64,000 nt of DNA from an uncultured Gemmatimonadales bacterium (GCA_963826065.1 CAWGVP010000002.1:1139361-1203360), one strand, 5' to 3'. Positions 9,927-19,177 are shown, numbered from the stretch's first letter. The notes: generated from the sequence alone by a model not told the origin. Made by a program: numbers and translations.

Positions 9927-12406
9927 ACGGGTTCCTGTGGCCTCGAGGGCAAGCTAGCCCCCTCCATCCGCTCGCGCACGAGCCGGAGGATCGTCTCGGG
10001 GCCGAACGGCTTCTGCACGAACGCCGCACCGGGATCGAGCAGCCCGCGGCGCACGATGTCGCCGTCGGTGTATCCCGAGGTGAAGAGGACCGGCGTTCCC
10101 GGCAGCAGCTCGGCGATTCGGTCGGCCAGCTCGCGCCCGCTCATGCCGGGCATCACCACGTCGGTGAGCACCAGGCCGATCCTGTGGTCGGCGCCGCTCA
10201 GCAGGGCGAGAGCGTCGGCCCCATTCGCCGCCTGGAGGACGCGGTAGCCGCCCTCCTCCAGCGCGCGCCGCGCCACCTCCCGGACACCCTCGTCGTCCTC
10301 CACCAGCAACACCCACTCCCCCTTGCCGGCCCGGACCGGAATCGACGCGGGCGCGCGGGTGATCGCCTCCTCCGGCCCCGCGACCGGGAGATAGACCTTG
10401 AACGTGCTTCCCCGCCCCGGCTCGCTGTAGGCCCAGACGTACCCGTCGGACTGCTTGACGATGCCGTAGACGGTGGAGAGTCCGAGTCCGGTCCCCTCCC
10501 CCACGCTCTTGGTGGTGAAGAAGGGCTCGAACACGTGGCTGAGCGTCTCCCGATCCATCCCGTGGCCGGTGTCGGTCACCGCCAGCACCGCGTAGGCCCC
10601 CGGCCGGACCATGACACCCGGCCGGGCTCGAGCGTAGTCCTCCGAGAGTTCAGTGACGAAGGTCTCGACGGTGAGCGTCCCACCCTTCGGCATCGCGTCA
10701 CGGGCGTTGAGGATCAGGTTGAGCAGCACCTGCTCCAGCCGGCCGGCGTCGGCACGGATGGGGGGCACCCGATCGCCCGGGCGGAGGATCACGGTGCAAT
10801 CCTCCCCCATCGTTCGCCGAAGCACCGTCTCCCAGTTGATCACCAGCGCGCTCAGGTCGATGACGGTCGGCCGGAGGATCTGGCGGCGGCTGAATGCAAG
10901 CAGCTGCGCCGTCACGGCGGACGTGCGCTCCGCGGCCTTCCGGATGTGCTCGACGTCGTCCCGAACCGCCTGGGGCAGATCGGACCGGCGCAGAATGAAC
11001 GACGCGGCGCCGAGGACGACGCTCATCTGGTTGTTGGATTCGTGTGCCACGCCGCCGGCGAGGCGGCCGACCGACTCCATGCGGTGGGACTGCCGGAGAC
11101 GATCCTCCGACGCGTGGCGCTCGGTCACGTCGAGGCAGACGCCCGTGAGATAGCTCGGCTTTCCATCGAGGTCCCGGCCCACCCGGCCCAAATCCGCGAT
11201 CCACCGGACCCCTCCGTCGGGCAGCAGGATCCGGAACTCGTAGTCGAGCGACTCCCCGGTCTCGAGCGCGTGCTGGACCGAGCGGGACACGAACTCCCGG
11301 TCCTCGGGATGCACCCGCGCGATGAACTGCTCGTAGCTGGTCACCGCGTCTCCCGGCCCGAGACCGTAGAGGCGACCGAGGTTCTCGTCCCAGGTGAGCG
11401 TGTTGTGTTCCACCGACCAGTACCAGGTGCCCATCCTGGCGGAGTCGAGCGCGAGGTGCAGCCGCTCCTCGCTCTGGTGCAGCGCGTGGGTGGCACGGTC
11501 GCGTTCCGACCAGACCGCGGAGGCGACGGCGAGCCCGGTCACGGCCAGGACCAGGAGGTAGCAGGCGACGACGAGCAGTGTGCCGCTGACCGAGTCCAGA
11601 AGAAACGGCCCTCCGCCCCTGGCCGTGTGCCACACCGCCACGGCCGCCACGACGAGCGTGACGAGCGACGCGCCGCGGGGTCCGAATCGCACGGCCGCCC
11701 AGACCACGAATGGGAACAGGAGGTAGGTGTACTCCAGCGTCCCCAGGGGCAGGTACTCGAAACGCTGGAGGAGGCCAAGGTCGGCCGCTGCGGCGGTCCC
11801 GATCACGAGCGCGATGACCTCGAGCAGCCGGCGGGTGTCGCGAATCCGGGGGCGGGCGATCCAGCTGAAGAGCACCGGTGCCACCACCAGCATGCCGAGG
11901 ACATCGCCTGCCCACCAGATCGGGAGCGCCTGCGCGGCCGCCCGCGGTTCGAGCGCACCGGTGACGACGAGCGTACCCACGCCGATGAGACCCGCGAGGA
12001 GGCCGCCGGCCGGCACGGCAACGAGGATGAGGTGGCGGGTCTGACGGGGGTCTTCGAGCTGCGGCCTCGATCCGGCAACCCGGCGGAGAAGGGCGGCGGC
12101 CAGCAGGGCCTCGACGGTGTTCCCGAGGGCGATGCCCGCCGCGCCCAGGAGCGGGACGGGCGTGGCGGCGTTCACCAGGAAGGCGCCGATCGCGACGCTG
12201 GGCCAGAAACGAAGTCCCAGCAGGACGAGCGCGGCGAATGCGATGCCCGCGGGCGGCCACACCAGCGAGACGCTGTAGCCGATCGTGACGTACCGGAGGC
12301 CGAGCCAGGCCGCTGCCCCGTACACCGCGGCGAGCAGGACGACCAGACCGACATACCGCAGCAGGGGTCGGACGGCGAAGGTCAGGCCTGCATCCTCCTC
12401 GCTCAG
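9923..12406 (-). CDS. Hybrid sensor histidine kinase: MASE1 membrane domain, PAS, HisKA/HATPase and C-terminal receiver
   Basis: SLVWPPAGIAFAALVLLG (MASE1-like), PAS region (WYWSVEHNTLTWDENL), H-box GGVAHESNNQM, HATPase (DTGHGM, GTGLGLS) and receiver (VLLVEDDEGV..DVVMPGMSG). The track start is GTG 12325. I extend to the in-frame CTG 12406, which completes the first TM helix (see findings). Confidence 0.88.
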   Translation of the reverse strand: MSEEDAGLTFAVRPLLRYVGLVVLLAAVYGAAAWLGLRYVTIGYSVSLVWPPAGIAFAALVLLGLRFWPSVAIGAFLVNAATPVPLLGAAGIALGNTVEALLAAALLRRVAGSRPQLEDPRQTRHLILVAVPAGGLLAGLIGVGTLVVTGALEPRAAAQALPIWWAGDVLGMLVVAPVLFSWIARPRIRDTRRLLEVIALVIGTAAAADLGLLQRFEYLPLGTLEYTYLLFPFVVWAAVRFGPRGASLVTLVVAAVAVWHTARGGGPFLLDSVSGTLLVVACYLLVLAVTGLAVASAVWSERDRATHALHQSEERLHLALDSARMGTWYWSVEHNTLTWDENLGRLYGLGPGDAVTSYEQFIARVHPEDREFVSRSVQHALETGESLDYEFRILLPDGGVRWIADLGRVGRDLDGKPSYLTGVCLDVTERHASEDRLRQSHRMESVGRLAGGVAHESNNQMSVVLGAASFILRRSDLPQAVRDDVEHIRKAAERTSAVTAQLLAFSRRQILRPTVIDLSALVINWETVLRRTMGEDCTVILRPGDRVPPIRADAGRLEQVLLNLILNARDAMPKGGTLTVETFVTELSEDYARARPGVMVRPGAYAVLAVTDTGHGMDRETLSHVFEPFFTTKSVGEGTGLGLSTVYGIVKQSDGYVWAYSEPGRGSTFKVYLPVAGPEEAITRAPASIPVRAGKGEWVLLVEDDEGVREVARRALEEGGYRVLQAANGADALALLSGADHRIGLVLTDVVMPGMSGRELADRIAELLPGTPVLFTSGYTDGDIVRRGLLDPGAAFVQKPFGPETILRLVRERMEGASLPSRPQEPV

Positions 12407-12870
12407 GCCACCCGATCCAGCAGTCGGAGCGTGCCGTCGGTGACGGTCCCGAAGGTGAGGTGGCCGACCAGGCCTCGCGCGTGGGTCTGCCAGGGGAACG
12501 CGGTCGGTCCGGGCGTGAGACCGAGCGCCGGGACGAGTCCTTCATCCAGAAACGCCCAGAAGGCGGTGCCGAACGCGGTGCCGGCCGTGGTGCCGAGCCC
12601 CTGGAAGCGGCGGCGCAGGACGGCGTAGGCCGCGCCCGCGCCAATGCCCAGGGCCCAGTGGGTCGCGGACCCCACTTCGCCGGCCGCGGCCCCGTACGAG
12701 GCCCTGCCGCCCCGAGCCTCGTCTTCCTCCCGACGCGCGTCGCGGTCCTCGTGCTCGTACATGTAGCCGGTCACCTTCCCCATGACGAAGGTCGCCACCG
12801 CCCCGGCGATGGCCCCCTTCAGAAGGTCTCTGCCGATCCCGCGGCTCCGGGTGCGCACCCGTACAGCCAT
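12403..12870 (-). CDS. DUF1440-like small membrane protein
   Basis: 155 aa with Gly/Ala-rich TM segments (GAIAGAVATFVMG, WALGIGAGAAYAV, GTAFGTAFWAFLDEG). ATG start. Confidence 0.7.
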   Translation of the reverse strand: MAVRVRTRSRGIGRDLLKGAIAGAVATFVMGKVTGYMYEHEDRDARREEDEARGGRASYGAAAGEVGSATHWALGIGAGAAYAVLRRRFQGLGTTAGTAFGTAFWAFLDEGLVPALGLTPGPTAFPWQTHARGLVGHLTFGTVTDGTLRLLDRVA

Positions 12871-12900
12871 GTCGCCTCCTTGATGATCGGGTCATCCATG

Positions 12901-12974
12901 AATTGTCATCCTGAGCGGAGCGAAGGAGCCGAAGTCCGAGCATGGCCTCCTTCGCTCCGCTCAGGATGACAATT
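12901..12974. repeat. REP/MITE-like palindromic element, copy a
   Basis: AATTGTCATCCTGAGCGGAGCGAAGGAGCC..GGCCTCCTTCGCTCCGCTCAGGATGACAATT. Intergenic, between the ABC ATPase stop and the DUF1440 start. Confidence 0.9.
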
Positions 12975-13006
12975 TCTCGGACAATAATCGCATGACGTAC
13001 ATTCCC

Positions 13007-14041
13007 TCACTCGATCCGCCGCCGGCTCTCCCGATCGAAGAAGTGCAGCCGCCCGCGGTCGAGGCGCAGCCCCACGACCTGATCGGGGGCGACCTCGAGG
13101 TCGGGAGGGGTGATGACCCTGATCTCCGGGCCGTCGCCGCCCGCGCCGAGGCGGATGTACAGCAGCAGCTCGCTTCCCCTGGGCTCGACCACGTCCACCA
13201 CCCCGTCGGTGTCACCGGCGCCACGCGGCACCACGGTCAGGTCGTGCGGTCTCACCCCGAGTGTGGCATCGGAAGGCCGCGAGGCGGCCACGGACGGCAG
13301 CAGATCTGCGGGGAGCAGGTTCATTGCGGGCGAGCCGACGAAGGTCGCGACGAAGACGGTGGCCGGCCGGCGATAGACTTCGAGCGGCGGCCCGACCTGC
13401 TCGACCCGGCCCTCGCTCATCACCGCCACCCGGCTCCCCAGTGTCAGCGCCTCCTCCTGGTCGTGGGTGACATAGACCATCGTGGCGGCGAGCCGGCGGT
13501 GCAGCCGCGCCAGCTCCGCACGGGTCTCCAGCCGCAGCTTGGCGTCGAGATTGGAAAGCGGCTCGTCGAAGAGAAACACCAGCGGCTCCCGCACGATGGC
13601 CCGGCCGAGCGCCACGCGCTGGCGCTGGCCTCCGGAGAGCTGGCCGGGCTTGCGATCGAGCACGGCATCGAGACCCAGCGCCTTCGCCGCGCTCTCCACC
13701 CGGGCCGTGATGGCTGCGGGCGCAACCCCGCGCATCCGAAGCCCGAAGCCCAGGTTCTCCCGAACCGTCATGTGGGGGTAGAGCGCATAGCTCTGGAACA
13801 CCATCGCGATGTCGCGATCCTGGGGGGGCAGCTCGGTCACGTCGCGGTCGCCGATCACGACCCTTCCCTCGCTGGGCGTCTCCAGCCCGGCGATCATCCG
13901 GAGCGCGGTGCTCTTGCCGCACCCGGAGGGACCCACCAGCACCATGAACTCGCCGTCGGCGATGGCGAGATTCACCCCGCGGGCGGCCACGTGGCCGTTG
14001 GGGTACTTCTTCCAGACCTGCTCCATCCGGATGGACGCCAT
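13007..14041 (-). CDS. Sugar ABC transporter ATP-binding protein (MalK/UgpC-like)
   Basis: GPSGCGKST, LSGGQRQRVALGRA, LFDEPLSNLDA and a C-terminal TOBE-like region. The track ORF 13007..14734 is over-extended. True start is ATG 14041 (MASIRMEQVWK), 2 nt after the upstream stop. Confidence 0.92.
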   Translation of the reverse strand: MASIRMEQVWKKYPNGHVAARGVNLAIADGEFMVLVGPSGCGKSTALRMIAGLETPSEGRVVIGDRDVTELPPQDRDIAMVFQSYALYPHMTVRENLGFGLRMRGVAPAAITARVESAAKALGLDAVLDRKPGQLSGGQRQRVALGRAIVREPLVFLFDEPLSNLDAKLRLETRAELARLHRRLAATMVYVTHDQEEALTLGSRVAVMSEGRVEQVGPPLEVYRRPATVFVATFVGSPAMNLLPADLLPSVAASRPSDATLGVRPHDLTVVPRGAGDTDGVVDVVEPRGSELLLYIRLGAGGDGPEIRVITPPDLEVAPDQVVGLRLDRGRLHFFDRESRRRIE

Positions 14042-14043
14042 GC

Positions 14044-14865
14044 TCAGCCCTTCACCGCGCCGGCCGTGAGTCCCTGCACGATCCGGCGCTGGAAGGCGAG
14101 CACCAGCACCGCGACCGGCGCGGTCGCCACGATGGCGGCGGCCAGGACCTGCCCCCAGGGCACCTGATACTGGCCCCGGAAGAGGGCGATCGCCACCGGC
14201 ACCGTCTGGCGCTCGGGGCCGAGCGTGAATGAAAGCGCGAAGAGGAACTCGTTCCAGCTGTACACGAAGGTGAGGATGGCGGTCGCGGCCAGCCCGGGCA
14301 AGGCGAGCGGCACGATCACCTCGCGAAAGGCGCGGAGCCGGCTCGCCCCGTCCACCATCGCTGCCTCCTCCAGCTCCCCCGGCAGCTGCCGGAAATACCC
14401 CACCAGGAGCCACACGGTGAGCGGCATCGCGAAGGTGAGGTACGGCAGGATCAACCCGGGATAGGTGTCGATCAGGCGAACGCTCCGGAGCAGGAGGAAG
14501 AGCGGGGACACGATCGCGATCTGGGGAAACATGCTGACCGCCAGGATCACGCCCAGGAGCAGCGTCTTGCCCCGGAACCGGAGCCGGGCGAGCGCGTAGG
14601 CGCAGAGCGAGCCGATCGCCACGCAGAAGACCGTGGTGGCCCCGGCGACCACGAGGGAGTTGCGGATCGGCAGCCAGAACGCGCGCTCCGTGAACAACGC
14701 CCGGTAATGGTAGAGCACGGCAGGGTTGGGCCACAGCGGCGCGCCCTCGAAGAGCTGCGCCTCGGGCGTGAGCGAGCCGGCGATCGCGCGATAGAAGGGG
14801 AACGCCGACCCCAGCACCAGCGCCGCGATCACGAAAGTGGCCCAGCGGCTCTGCTGCTCTTTCAC
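14044..14865 (-). CDS. Carbohydrate ABC transporter permease (MalG-like)
   Basis: EAA-loop region EEAAMVDGASRLRAFREVIVPLALPG. GTG start at 14865 overlaps the upstream TGA as GTGA. The track ORF 14044..15570 is over-extended. Confidence 0.9.
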   Translation of the reverse strand: MKEQQSRWATFVIAALVLGSAFPFYRAIAGSLTPEAQLFEGAPLWPNPAVLYHYRALFTERAFWLPIRNSLVVAGATTVFCVAIGSLCAYALARLRFRGKTLLLGVILAVSMFPQIAIVSPLFLLLRSVRLIDTYPGLILPYLTFAMPLTVWLLVGYFRQLPGELEEAAMVDGASRLRAFREVIVPLALPGLAATAILTFVYSWNEFLFALSFTLGPERQTVPVAIALFRGQYQVPWGQVLAAAIVATAPVAVLVLAFQRRIVQGLTAGAVKG

Positions 14866-15725
14866 GAGCGCGTCTCCGTCAGGCCGCTGCCGAGCAGGCG
14901 GATGTAGCCCAGGGCCAGCGCGAAAGTGACCAGGAAGACCAGCACCGACAGCGTGGATCCGTAGCCGAACCGGAGATTGTGCATCAGCGAGTTGAAGGTG
15001 TAGAGCGCGATCGGCTCGGTGGCGGTGCCGGGGCCGCCGCCGGTGAGCACGTAGATCAGGTCGAACACCCGGAAGGCGTTCATCGTACGGAAGATCAGCG
15101 CCACGAGGATGGCCGGCATCAGCAGCGGCAAGGTCACGAAGCGGAACTGGCGCCAGGCCGAAGCGCCGTCGATCCTGGCCGCCTCGTAGAGGGTGGGGTC
15201 GATTCCCTGAAGCCCGGCGAGCAGCAGCAGCGCCACGAAAGGCGTCTCCTTCCAGGTGTCGGCGAGGATGACCGGCACCCACGCCAGCTTGTCGTGGGTG
15301 AGCCAGTTCTCGAGACCCTCGAACATGAACCGCCAGACCAGCGCGCCCACTACGGTGGGGATCGCCCACGGAATCAGGATGGACGCCCGCACCAGCGCCC
15401 GGCCGCGGAAGGTTCGGTTCATCGCCAGCGCGAGCACGCACCCCAGCACCAGCTCGAGACTGACGCTCGCGGCGGCGAACCAGAGCGTGTGTCCCATCGC
15501 GCCCCAGAACCGCCGGTCGCGGAGCACCTCGCCGTAGTTCTCGAGGCCCACGAACGGCTGGCCCAGCCACGGCATACGGAGATCGTGCAGGTGGAACGAC
15601 TCCCAGATGGTCCAGCCCAGCGGGAAGAGGGCCACCAGGAGGATGGTCGCCACGGCGGGCGCCACCATCCCGTACGCGAGCCGGGCCTCGCTCCGCTCGA
15701 CCCCCCGAGGCTCAGCGGCCGGCAA
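14862..15725 (-). CDS. Carbohydrate ABC transporter permease (MalF-like)
   Basis: EAARIDGASAWRQFRFVTLPLLMP EAA loop and 6 TM segments. TTG start at 15725 overlaps the SBP gene by 14 nt. Confidence 0.9.
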   Translation of the reverse strand: MPAAEPRGVERSEARLAYGMVAPAVATILLVALFPLGWTIWESFHLHDLRMPWLGQPFVGLENYGEVLRDRRFWGAMGHTLWFAAASVSLELVLGCVLALAMNRTFRGRALVRASILIPWAIPTVVGALVWRFMFEGLENWLTHDKLAWVPVILADTWKETPFVALLLLAGLQGIDPTLYEAARIDGASAWRQFRFVTLPLLMPAILVALIFRTMNAFRVFDLIYVLTGGGPGTATEPIALYTFNSLMHNLRFGYGSTLSVLVFLVTFALALGYIRLLGSGLTETRS

Positions 15726-16971
15726 CCGCGCCTCCTCCGAGACCAGCCTTGTCGAGCAGCGCCTGCATCTCGGAGGCGGCGCGGTCGAGTGCCGCGGCCG
15801 GCTCCGCCTGCCCGCTGAGGGCCCGGTGCAGCTGGATCTGGAGAATCTCCGAGAGCTGGGTGTAGACCGGCGTCACCGGCCGGGGCACGGCGGCCTCGAC
15901 GATCTCGCGCGCCTGGACGGGCGAGATCGCCAGCGCCTCGGCGAGTGCCGGGTCGTCGTAGACGCCGGTGCGGGTCGGAAACTGTCCCACGATCTCCGCC
16001 CGCTCGAGCATCTGCTCAGCCCGCGTGAGATACTCGATGACCCGCCAGGCCGCCTCCGCCTCGGGACTGAAGGCGTTGATGGCGAGCTGCGCGCCGCCGA
16101 ACGCCGCGGTGTGCCGTCCGCCGGGACCGGCCGGCATCGGTGCCACGGCGAAGCGCCCCGCGACCCGGGAGCTCGCACTGTCCTGCATCGGGGCCACCGC
16201 GTAGGGCCAGTTCCGCATCAGCGCGGCCTCGCCGTTCTGGAACGCGAAGCGCGGCTCCTCCTCGTGCCAGGTCAGCACCCGGGCGGGGACCACGCCACGG
16301 CCGATCTGATCGCGCATCGTGCTGAGCGCCCGTACGCCGGGAGGCTCGCTCACGGTGACGCGGCCGCCGTCGAGGATCTTCCCGCCGAACCCGCCGAGAT
16401 ACTCGACAAAGACCGTCACCAATCCCTCGTACCGGGCGCCCTGCCAGACCAACCCGTAACGCGGGGAGCCGTCTGCGGTCACCCGCCGGACCTCACGCTC
16501 GAGCTGGTCCCAGGTGGCGGGCGGCTCGTCGAACAGGTCGGTGCGCCAGTACAGCATGCCCACGTCCACGAACCACGGCAGGGCGAACAGCTCTCCCTGC
16601 CAGCGGTTGGCTTCGATGGTCACGGGAAAGAACGCGGCGGTGTCGGGAGCGAAGGGGTCGAGCGGGAGAATCCAGCCGGCGGCGGCGAACTCGGGTGTCC
16701 AGATCGCGTCCACCTGGAGGATGTCCGGATCGGTGGCCCTGGCGTTGAGCCACTGGACGTAGAGCTGGTGCCGAAGATCCGCGGCGTCCGGTGTGGGTCG
16801 CATCTCGACGCGCACATCGGGGGTCTCGCGGTCGAACCGCTCCAGCTGGCGCCGAAGGATCCGGCCTTCCGCCCCGAGCACGCTGCCGGAGACGGTAACG
16901 GTCGTGGGCCCACCGACCGCTTCCGACCCGCAACCCAGGAGGCACAACAGGGCCAGGCAGGATCTCCTCAT
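15712..16971 (-). CDS. ABC transporter extracellular sugar-binding lipoprotein
   Basis: Start moved to ATG 16971 (MRRSCLALLCLLGCGS, lipobox LLGC). Family-1 SBP-like sequence. First gene of the 4-gene ABC operon. Confidence 0.88.
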   Translation of the reverse strand: MRRSCLALLCLLGCGSEAVGGPTTVTVSGSVLGAEGRILRRQLERFDRETPDVRVEMRPTPDAADLRHQLYVQWLNARATDPDILQVDAIWTPEFAAAGWILPLDPFAPDTAAFFPVTIEANRWQGELFALPWFVDVGMLYWRTDLFDEPPATWDQLEREVRRVTADGSPRYGLVWQGARYEGLVTVFVEYLGGFGGKILDGGRVTVSEPPGVRALSTMRDQIGRGVVPARVLTWHEEEPRFAFQNGEAALMRNWPYAVAPMQDSASSRVAGRFAVAPMPAGPGGRHTAAFGGAQLAINAFSPEAEAAWRVIEYLTRAEQMLERAEIVGQFPTRTGVYDDPALAEALAISPVQAREIVEAAVPRPVTPVYTQLSEILQIQLHRALSGQAEPAAALDRAASEMQALLDKAGLGGGAVAGR

Positions 16972-17081
16972 TGAAAGCCACGCTAACCAAACCGGGGAAC
17001 CCGCGCCAGCGCGCTCGAGGCCGGCGCGGGCGACGTGACCCATCGCACGGCCCGGCTACCAGCCTGGCGACAGCGTGTCCC

Positions 17082-17750
17082 ATGTCCTCCCGTGCCGGGC
17101 CGCCCCGGATCTTTCTGCTGTCCCCGGCCCACTGCGGCGGGAAGCGGGCCGCGGTGCTGCTCCGAGAGGAAGCGGCATTCCCACTGGCCGAGCGGCTGCG
17201 CGGACCCGAAGGAGTGGCCCTGGGTGAGGCTTTCAGCTTTCTCAGCGGCCTCTACTTCCGCGGCAAGCTGGCCTATGCGTCGCGATTTGCGCGGCCGCCC
17301 CGGGGGCTCGCGGGGGCGCAGGTGATCACGGCCAATCGCGGGCTCGTGGCCGCGGAGACGAGGGTGGGAGTCGAGGAGCTCCGGGCGTTCGGATCGGTGG
17401 ACATCGATGCGGACGATCCCCGCTACCGGACCCCGTTGGTGCGGGATGTGGCCAGGCTCGCCGGGCATCGCGACGCCGAGTTCGTCCTGCTCGGCAGCGT
17501 GGCGACGGGAAAGTACGTGGACGTGCTGCTCGAGGTGGTGGGGGAGCGGCTCCTCTTTCCGACCGCCTTCATCGGCCGTGGGGATATGAGCCGCGGCGCG
17601 CTCCTGCTCCGTGCGGCCCGCGACGGGCGTGAGCTGGCTTACGAAGCCGCGGCATTGGCACTGAGGCGCTCGGGCCCAGGACCGAGAGGAGCGACGAATG
17701 GTCACAAGGAGCGCCGCAAAGCCGGCGCGGATCCCGAAGCGGGCCGCTGA
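17082..17750 (+). CDS. Conserved-looking hypothetical protein, no family recognised
   Basis: Start moved to ATG 17082 (MSSRAGPPRIFLLSPAHCGGKRA..LLGSVATGKYVDVL..FIGRGDMSRGALLL). Codon usage is coding-like. The 3' end overlaps the LigD-Pol gene by 53 nt. Confidence 0.6.
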   Translation: MSSRAGPPRIFLLSPAHCGGKRAAVLLREEAAFPLAERLRGPEGVALGEAFSFLSGLYFRGKLAYASRFARPPRGLAGAQVITANRGLVAAETRVGVEELRAFGSVDIDADDPRYRTPLVRDVARLAGHRDAEFVLLGSVATGKYVDVLLEVVGERLLFPTAFIGRGDMSRGALLLRAARDGRELAYEAAALALRRSGPGPRGATNGHKERRKAGADPEAGR

Positions 17751-18642
17751 GTCCGACTTTCGCGCGGGCCGGCGGACGGTGCGGCTCACCAGCCTCGACA
17801 AGGTGTACTTCCCCCGGACGGGGCTGACCAAGCGCGACCTGCTCCAGTACTACGCGGACGTCTCGCCGCTGCTGCTGCCGCATCTTCACGACCGGGCGAT
17901 GGTGATGAAGCGCTATCCCAACGGCATCCGGGGCAAGTGGTTCTTCATGAAGCACGCGCCGTCGCCTCGCCCGGAGTGGATCGAGACCTGCGAGATCATG
18001 CACAAGGCGAACAACCTGGTCGCGTTCCCCATGGTGCAGGACCTGGCCTCGCTGCTCTGGGTGGTGAACCTCGGTTGCATCGACCTGAATCCGTGGTACG
18101 GCAGGTGCAAGGATCCCAACCGTCCCGACTTCCTCAACTTCGACCTCGACCCCGCCGCCGGCGCCGGCTTCGATCGGGTGCTGGAGACGGCGCTGGTGCT
18201 CCGCGACGCGCTGGAGGCACTGGGCATGCGGCCGCTCGTCAAGACCAGCGGCTCGGAGGGCCTCCACCTGTACGTGGCCATCGTGACGGGGCCCGCCCAG
18301 AAGGACGTCTGGCGCTTCGCCGAGCGACTCGCGAAGGAGCTGGAGCAGCGGCACCCAAAGCTCATCACCACCGTGTTCCGGGTAGCCGACCGTCCGCGCG
18401 GCAGGGTGCTGGTGGACTACAACCAGAATGCGTGGGGGCGCACCCTGGCGTCGGTGTACTCGGTGCGCCCCCGGGAATGGGCCGGGGTCTCGACACCGGT
18501 CACCTGGGAAGAAGTGGAGCGGGGATTCGACCTCGAGGACTTCCGGATCGACAACGTGCTCCCGCGCCTGCGCCGGCGCGGCGACCTCTGGAAGCCGCTG
18601 CTCTCGTCTCGAGGCCGCTTTCGGATCGAGGAAATCTTGTGA
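17698..18642 (+). CDS. Stand-alone LigD polymerase/primase (PolDom) domain protein of the NHEJ type
   Basis: LTSLDKVYFP..TKRDLLQYY, FDLDP, KTSGSEGLHLYV and VDYNQNAWGRTLASVYSVRP. GGAG lies 6 nt upstream of ATG 17698. No ligase or phosphoesterase domain is present in the ORF. Confidence 0.9.
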   Translation: MVTRSAAKPARIPKRAAESDFRAGRRTVRLTSLDKVYFPRTGLTKRDLLQYYADVSPLLLPHLHDRAMVMKRYPNGIRGKWFFMKHAPSPRPEWIETCEIMHKANNLVAFPMVQDLASLLWVVNLGCIDLNPWYGRCKDPNRPDFLNFDLDPAAGAGFDRVLETALVLRDALEALGMRPLVKTSGSEGLHLYVAIVTGPAQKDVWRFAERLAKELEQRHPKLITTVFRVADRPRGRVLVDYNQNAWGRTLASVYSVRPREWAGVSTPVTWEEVERGFDLEDFRIDNVLPRLRRRGDLWKPLLSSRGRFRIEEIL

Positions 18643-18735
18643 GCGAAGTGGTGACGAGGATCACGAAACCTGCCAGGACGGGGGGTTAGGATACCGGTGT
18701 GCAGGGCCATTCGATCCAATCGCACGGAGGAAGAC

Positions 18736-19086
18736 ATGGCGTTCGACAACACCTGGGATCAAGAGGATGCGTGGTGGCGCGAGAACTACGGGGGTCGCCC
18801 CTATGCCACCGGCCGCAACTATGAAGAGTTCCGCCCGGCCTACAAGTACGGCTTCGAGTCGGGCCGTCATCATATGGGCCGGACCTGGACCGATGTGGAG
18901 TCCGACCTGCGGACCGGCTGGGACCGCTACGAGGAGCGTGGCAGTGCGGAGACTACCTGGGACAAAGTGAAGGACGCGGTGCGCGATGCATGGCACCGGG
19001 TGACGGGTCAGACGGATCTCGACGCCGGCAGGATGAGCGAGAGCGAAGTGGATAGGCTGTCGAAGGGCGGTCGGCCGCGCGGGTAA
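18736..19086 (+). CDS. Small Trp/Asp/Glu-rich hypothetical protein (116 aa)
   Basis: GGAGGA lies 5 nt upstream of ATG 18736. Sequence is MAFDNTWDQEDAWWRENYGGRPY..TWDKVKDAVRDAWHRV. Confidence 0.6.
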   Translation: MAFDNTWDQEDAWWRENYGGRPYATGRNYEEFRPAYKYGFESGRHHMGRTWTDVESDLRTGWDRYEERGSAETTWDKVKDAVRDAWHRVTGQTDLDAGRMSESEVDRLSKGGRPRG

Positions 19087-19152
19087 TCATCCTGAACGAA
19101 GCGAAGGGACCATGCGTTTGGTCATGGCTCCTTCGCTTTCGCTCAGGATGAC
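19087..19152. repeat. REP/MITE-like palindromic element, copy b
   Basis: TCATCCTGAACGAAGCGAAGGGACC..GGCTCCTTCGCTTTCGCTCAGGATGAC. It starts immediately after the TAA stop at 19086, between convergent genes. Confidence 0.9.
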
Positions 19153-19177
19153 AACGTGCTGCTCGATGACCACACCG

